In this document: positions 61,467 through 64,000 of the stretch, in pieces | Numbering within the stretch: the first letter of the stretch is position 1 | Layout of the letters: every line of letters begins with the position of its first letter | Source: Utricularia gibba | Taxonomy: Eukaryota; Plantae; Magnoliophyta | NCBI GenBank assembly: GCA_002189035.1 | Contig: NEEC01000004.1 | Location: 1,116,001 to 1,180,000, forward strand | Reading direction: 5' to 3' | Length of the DNA: 64,000 bases | Made by a program: the position numbers and the translations under genes | Notes under the pieces: model-generated | Told to the model about the DNA's origin: nothing | Database searches by the model: none | What the model saw: only the letters and a program-made list of their open reading frames with translations

Positions 61467-64000
61467 ATGACACGGATGGAAATGGCTGTGGGTTATCACC
61501 ACCTCTTCTGGTGGGTTCTCCTGTTTCTCGGGATGTCCCAGGAGAATGCGTTGGCGGCGGTGGTTCCGGTGAGGATCGGGTGGTGCTTGACATGAGCACG
61601 GAGTTTGGGAAGATGAGTTTGGCCTCCATGAATATTGCTTTAGAAGATTTCTACGCCGAGAATCCACAATACCAAACGAGGTTGGTTCTTACCACCAGGG
61701 ACTCCGCCGGAGACGTCGTCCTTGCAGCTGCATCAGGTTAGTGCGTGTATCGATTTTCTTATCTTCTTATCAAACTTATTACAAATGGACTATTATTGCT
61801 GATTTCTCCGATTTACTTATGCTGATGGTGGGTTTAAGGGCTAAAGATCAGAAGCTTGAATATCATAAAACATTAGGGATTAAATCTTATCACTGCATGC
61901 TCCTCTGCTCACTAGGAATTCATTTCCATGGCTTGATTGAGTTTTATCTACCATGCACAGTTGTGGACCTGCTTAAAAATGCTCAAGTTGAAGCGATCAT
62001 CGGATCATTTACGTCGATGGAGGCATATTTTGTGATACATCTTGGTGGTAAGGCACAAGTGCCTGTCGTGACATTTACAGCTACAAGTCCTTCACTCACA
62101 TCAATTCGGAGTCCATACTTCTTTAGAACTGCTTTGAGTGACTCTTTGCAAGTAGGCGCCATAAGTGCCATAGTTCAAGATTTCCGTTGGAGAGAAGTCA
62201 CCTTGGTTTACGTTGATAATGAGTTTGGACAAGGAATCCTTCCTTTTTTGAGTGATGCTTTGGAACAAGTAGATGTCCGCATTCCTTACAGAAGTGGTAT
62301 TCCTTCATCTGCAACTGATGATCAAATTGTTGCTGAGCTTTATAAGCTAATGGCTATGCAAACCCGAGTTTTTGTTGTTCACATGACGAAGGCTCTTGGC
62401 TCTCGCTTCTTCTTGAAAGTTGAGCAACTTGGGATTATGAGCGAAGAATATGCATGGATTATAACTAATGCAATGGCGAATACACTAAATACACTGGATC
62501 CGATTATCTTGGAGTCCATGGTAGGAGTCTTGGGAGTGAGGCCTTATGTACCGAAAACAACGAAGCTTAAGAAATTTCAAACACATTACAGAATACAGTT
62601 GCAGCTCCATAATGGAACAACCAATCCTACAATTTTCGATCTATGGGCATATGACACTATAACTGCACTAGCCATGGCAGTTGAACAAGTTTCAGAAACT
62701 ATCAGAAATCAAACATTCTTAATGGCAGATGTCTCAAATGATGCCATTGACCTTGAAAAGTTGAGGGTATCAAATATTGGCCTAGATCTTATTCAAGCTC
62801 TATCAAACATAACATTTCAAGGACTGGCAGGGAGCTTTAAATTTATTGATCAACAACTTCAATCTCCACCACATGAAGTGATTAACATAGTTGGTTCAGG
62901 AGCTAGAGTGGTAGGATATTGGACTGAAGAAGATGGAATTGTTGGAAAACTCAAATCAACTGTTAAATCATTCGCATTAAAGGGTAAGTTCAAGCCCATC
63001 ATATGGCCAGGTGATAGAACTTCTCCACCTAAAGGATGGGTGTCACCAGTAAATGAAAAGAAACTTCGGATCTTGGTACCCGTAAAAAATGGTTTTTCTG
63101 AATTTGTCGAGGTTAGTTGGAATCCAAATAACTCAACAAATATACAAGGATTTTGCATTGATATTTTTGATGCAGTTATGGGAGCAATGCCATATGGTGT
63201 ACCATATGAGTACATCCCTTTTGCCAAATCAAACAAGAGCTCGGCTGGTACGTATACTGATATGATCCATCAGATACATCTGAAGGTAAATATATTTTTG
63301 TGATCTTCTGAAAGAATTTTGTTTGTTGAATTGATTGTGATTGTTTTTTTTTTCCTAAAAAATGAACAGAATTATGATGCTTTGATCGGAGATGTCACAA
63401 TAGTAGCAAATCGATCAGAATATGTTGATTTCTCACTTCCCTTTACAGAATCTGGTGTTTCCATGCTTGTTCCATACGTAAACAACAATAACAAAGCATG
63501 GTTATTTTTAAAACCTCTAACATGGCAATTGTGGTTGACAAGTTTTTGGTCATTTGTAACTATTGCTATCGTGATATGGATCCTAGAGCATGGAGAGGAA
63601 GGAACCGAGTTCAACGGTACCCTTCATCACCAAATAGGAATGATATTATGGTATTCTTTCTCAACAATGGTCTTCTCTCAAAGTAAGTTATTCAAAGATA
63701 AGTTGTTGATATGCACTTTCCAGAAACATCATTTTCTTACTTGTTTTGGATGAACTGTTGCAGGGGAGAATATAAAAAACAATTTTGCTAGGATTATTAT
63801 GATCCTATGGTTCTTCCTTGTTCTCATTTTAACACAAAGTTATACTGCTAGTTTGGTTTCATTTTTAACAGTCAATCAACTCCAACCTTCTATCACAGAT
63901 ATCGAAACACTTATCCAATCCAATGCTTACATTGGTTATCAAAAAGGGTCATTTGTATCAGAATTTCTCTTGAATAAAAGTATTAGCCAATCAAGATTGT
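61467..64000 (+). CDS. GLR2: Glutamate receptor-like channel, clade II, copy C; 1-nt frameshift at 61578-61580; runs off the window end
   Basis: Exon 1 is homologous to copies A/B but reads ATCGGGTGGTG where A/B read GTCGGGGTGGTG. Exons 61961-63286, 63370-63682 and 63762 onward are open and GLR-like (SYTASLVSFLTV). Confidence 0.85.

Overview
Gene-dense stretch of a flowering-plant nuclear genome, most likely a eudicot (type-B G-gamma ending in a basic/aromatic RW motif; gene neighbours recall Arabidopsis synteny blocks). Genes have GT-AG introns and AT-rich spacers; there are no prokaryotic features, rRNA/tRNA genes or CRISPR arrays. The left half (1-29.6 kb) holds single-copy genes: DUF1644 zinc-finger protein, WRKY11/17-like factor, an intronless and highly divergent A-type cyclin (probable retrogene), type-B G-protein gamma subunit, FEI LRR receptor kinase (1-nt frameshift), SH3P1, CYP707A, ABCE/RLI and COG6. 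The right half holds two tandem arrays. The first is four intact but strongly divergent CCD4 carotenoid cleavage dioxygenases (30.2-46.3 kb); copy 3 appears to be a chimera made by unequal crossing-over. The second is at least three clade-II glutamate-receptor-like channels (50.4 kb to the window end); two of them show mosaic identity and the third has a 1-nt frameshift. A solo LTR with a 5-bp TSD and a hAT-type MITE with an 8-bp TSD lie in the spacers. The best candidate for new biology is the CCD4 array: iron ligands are intact, residues around the substrate tunnel are remodelled and the transit peptides are short, which suggests a neofunctionalised apocarotenoid pathway. The D-box-less cyclin retrogene is second. 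All coordinates and exon joins were read by hand; no database searches were run.
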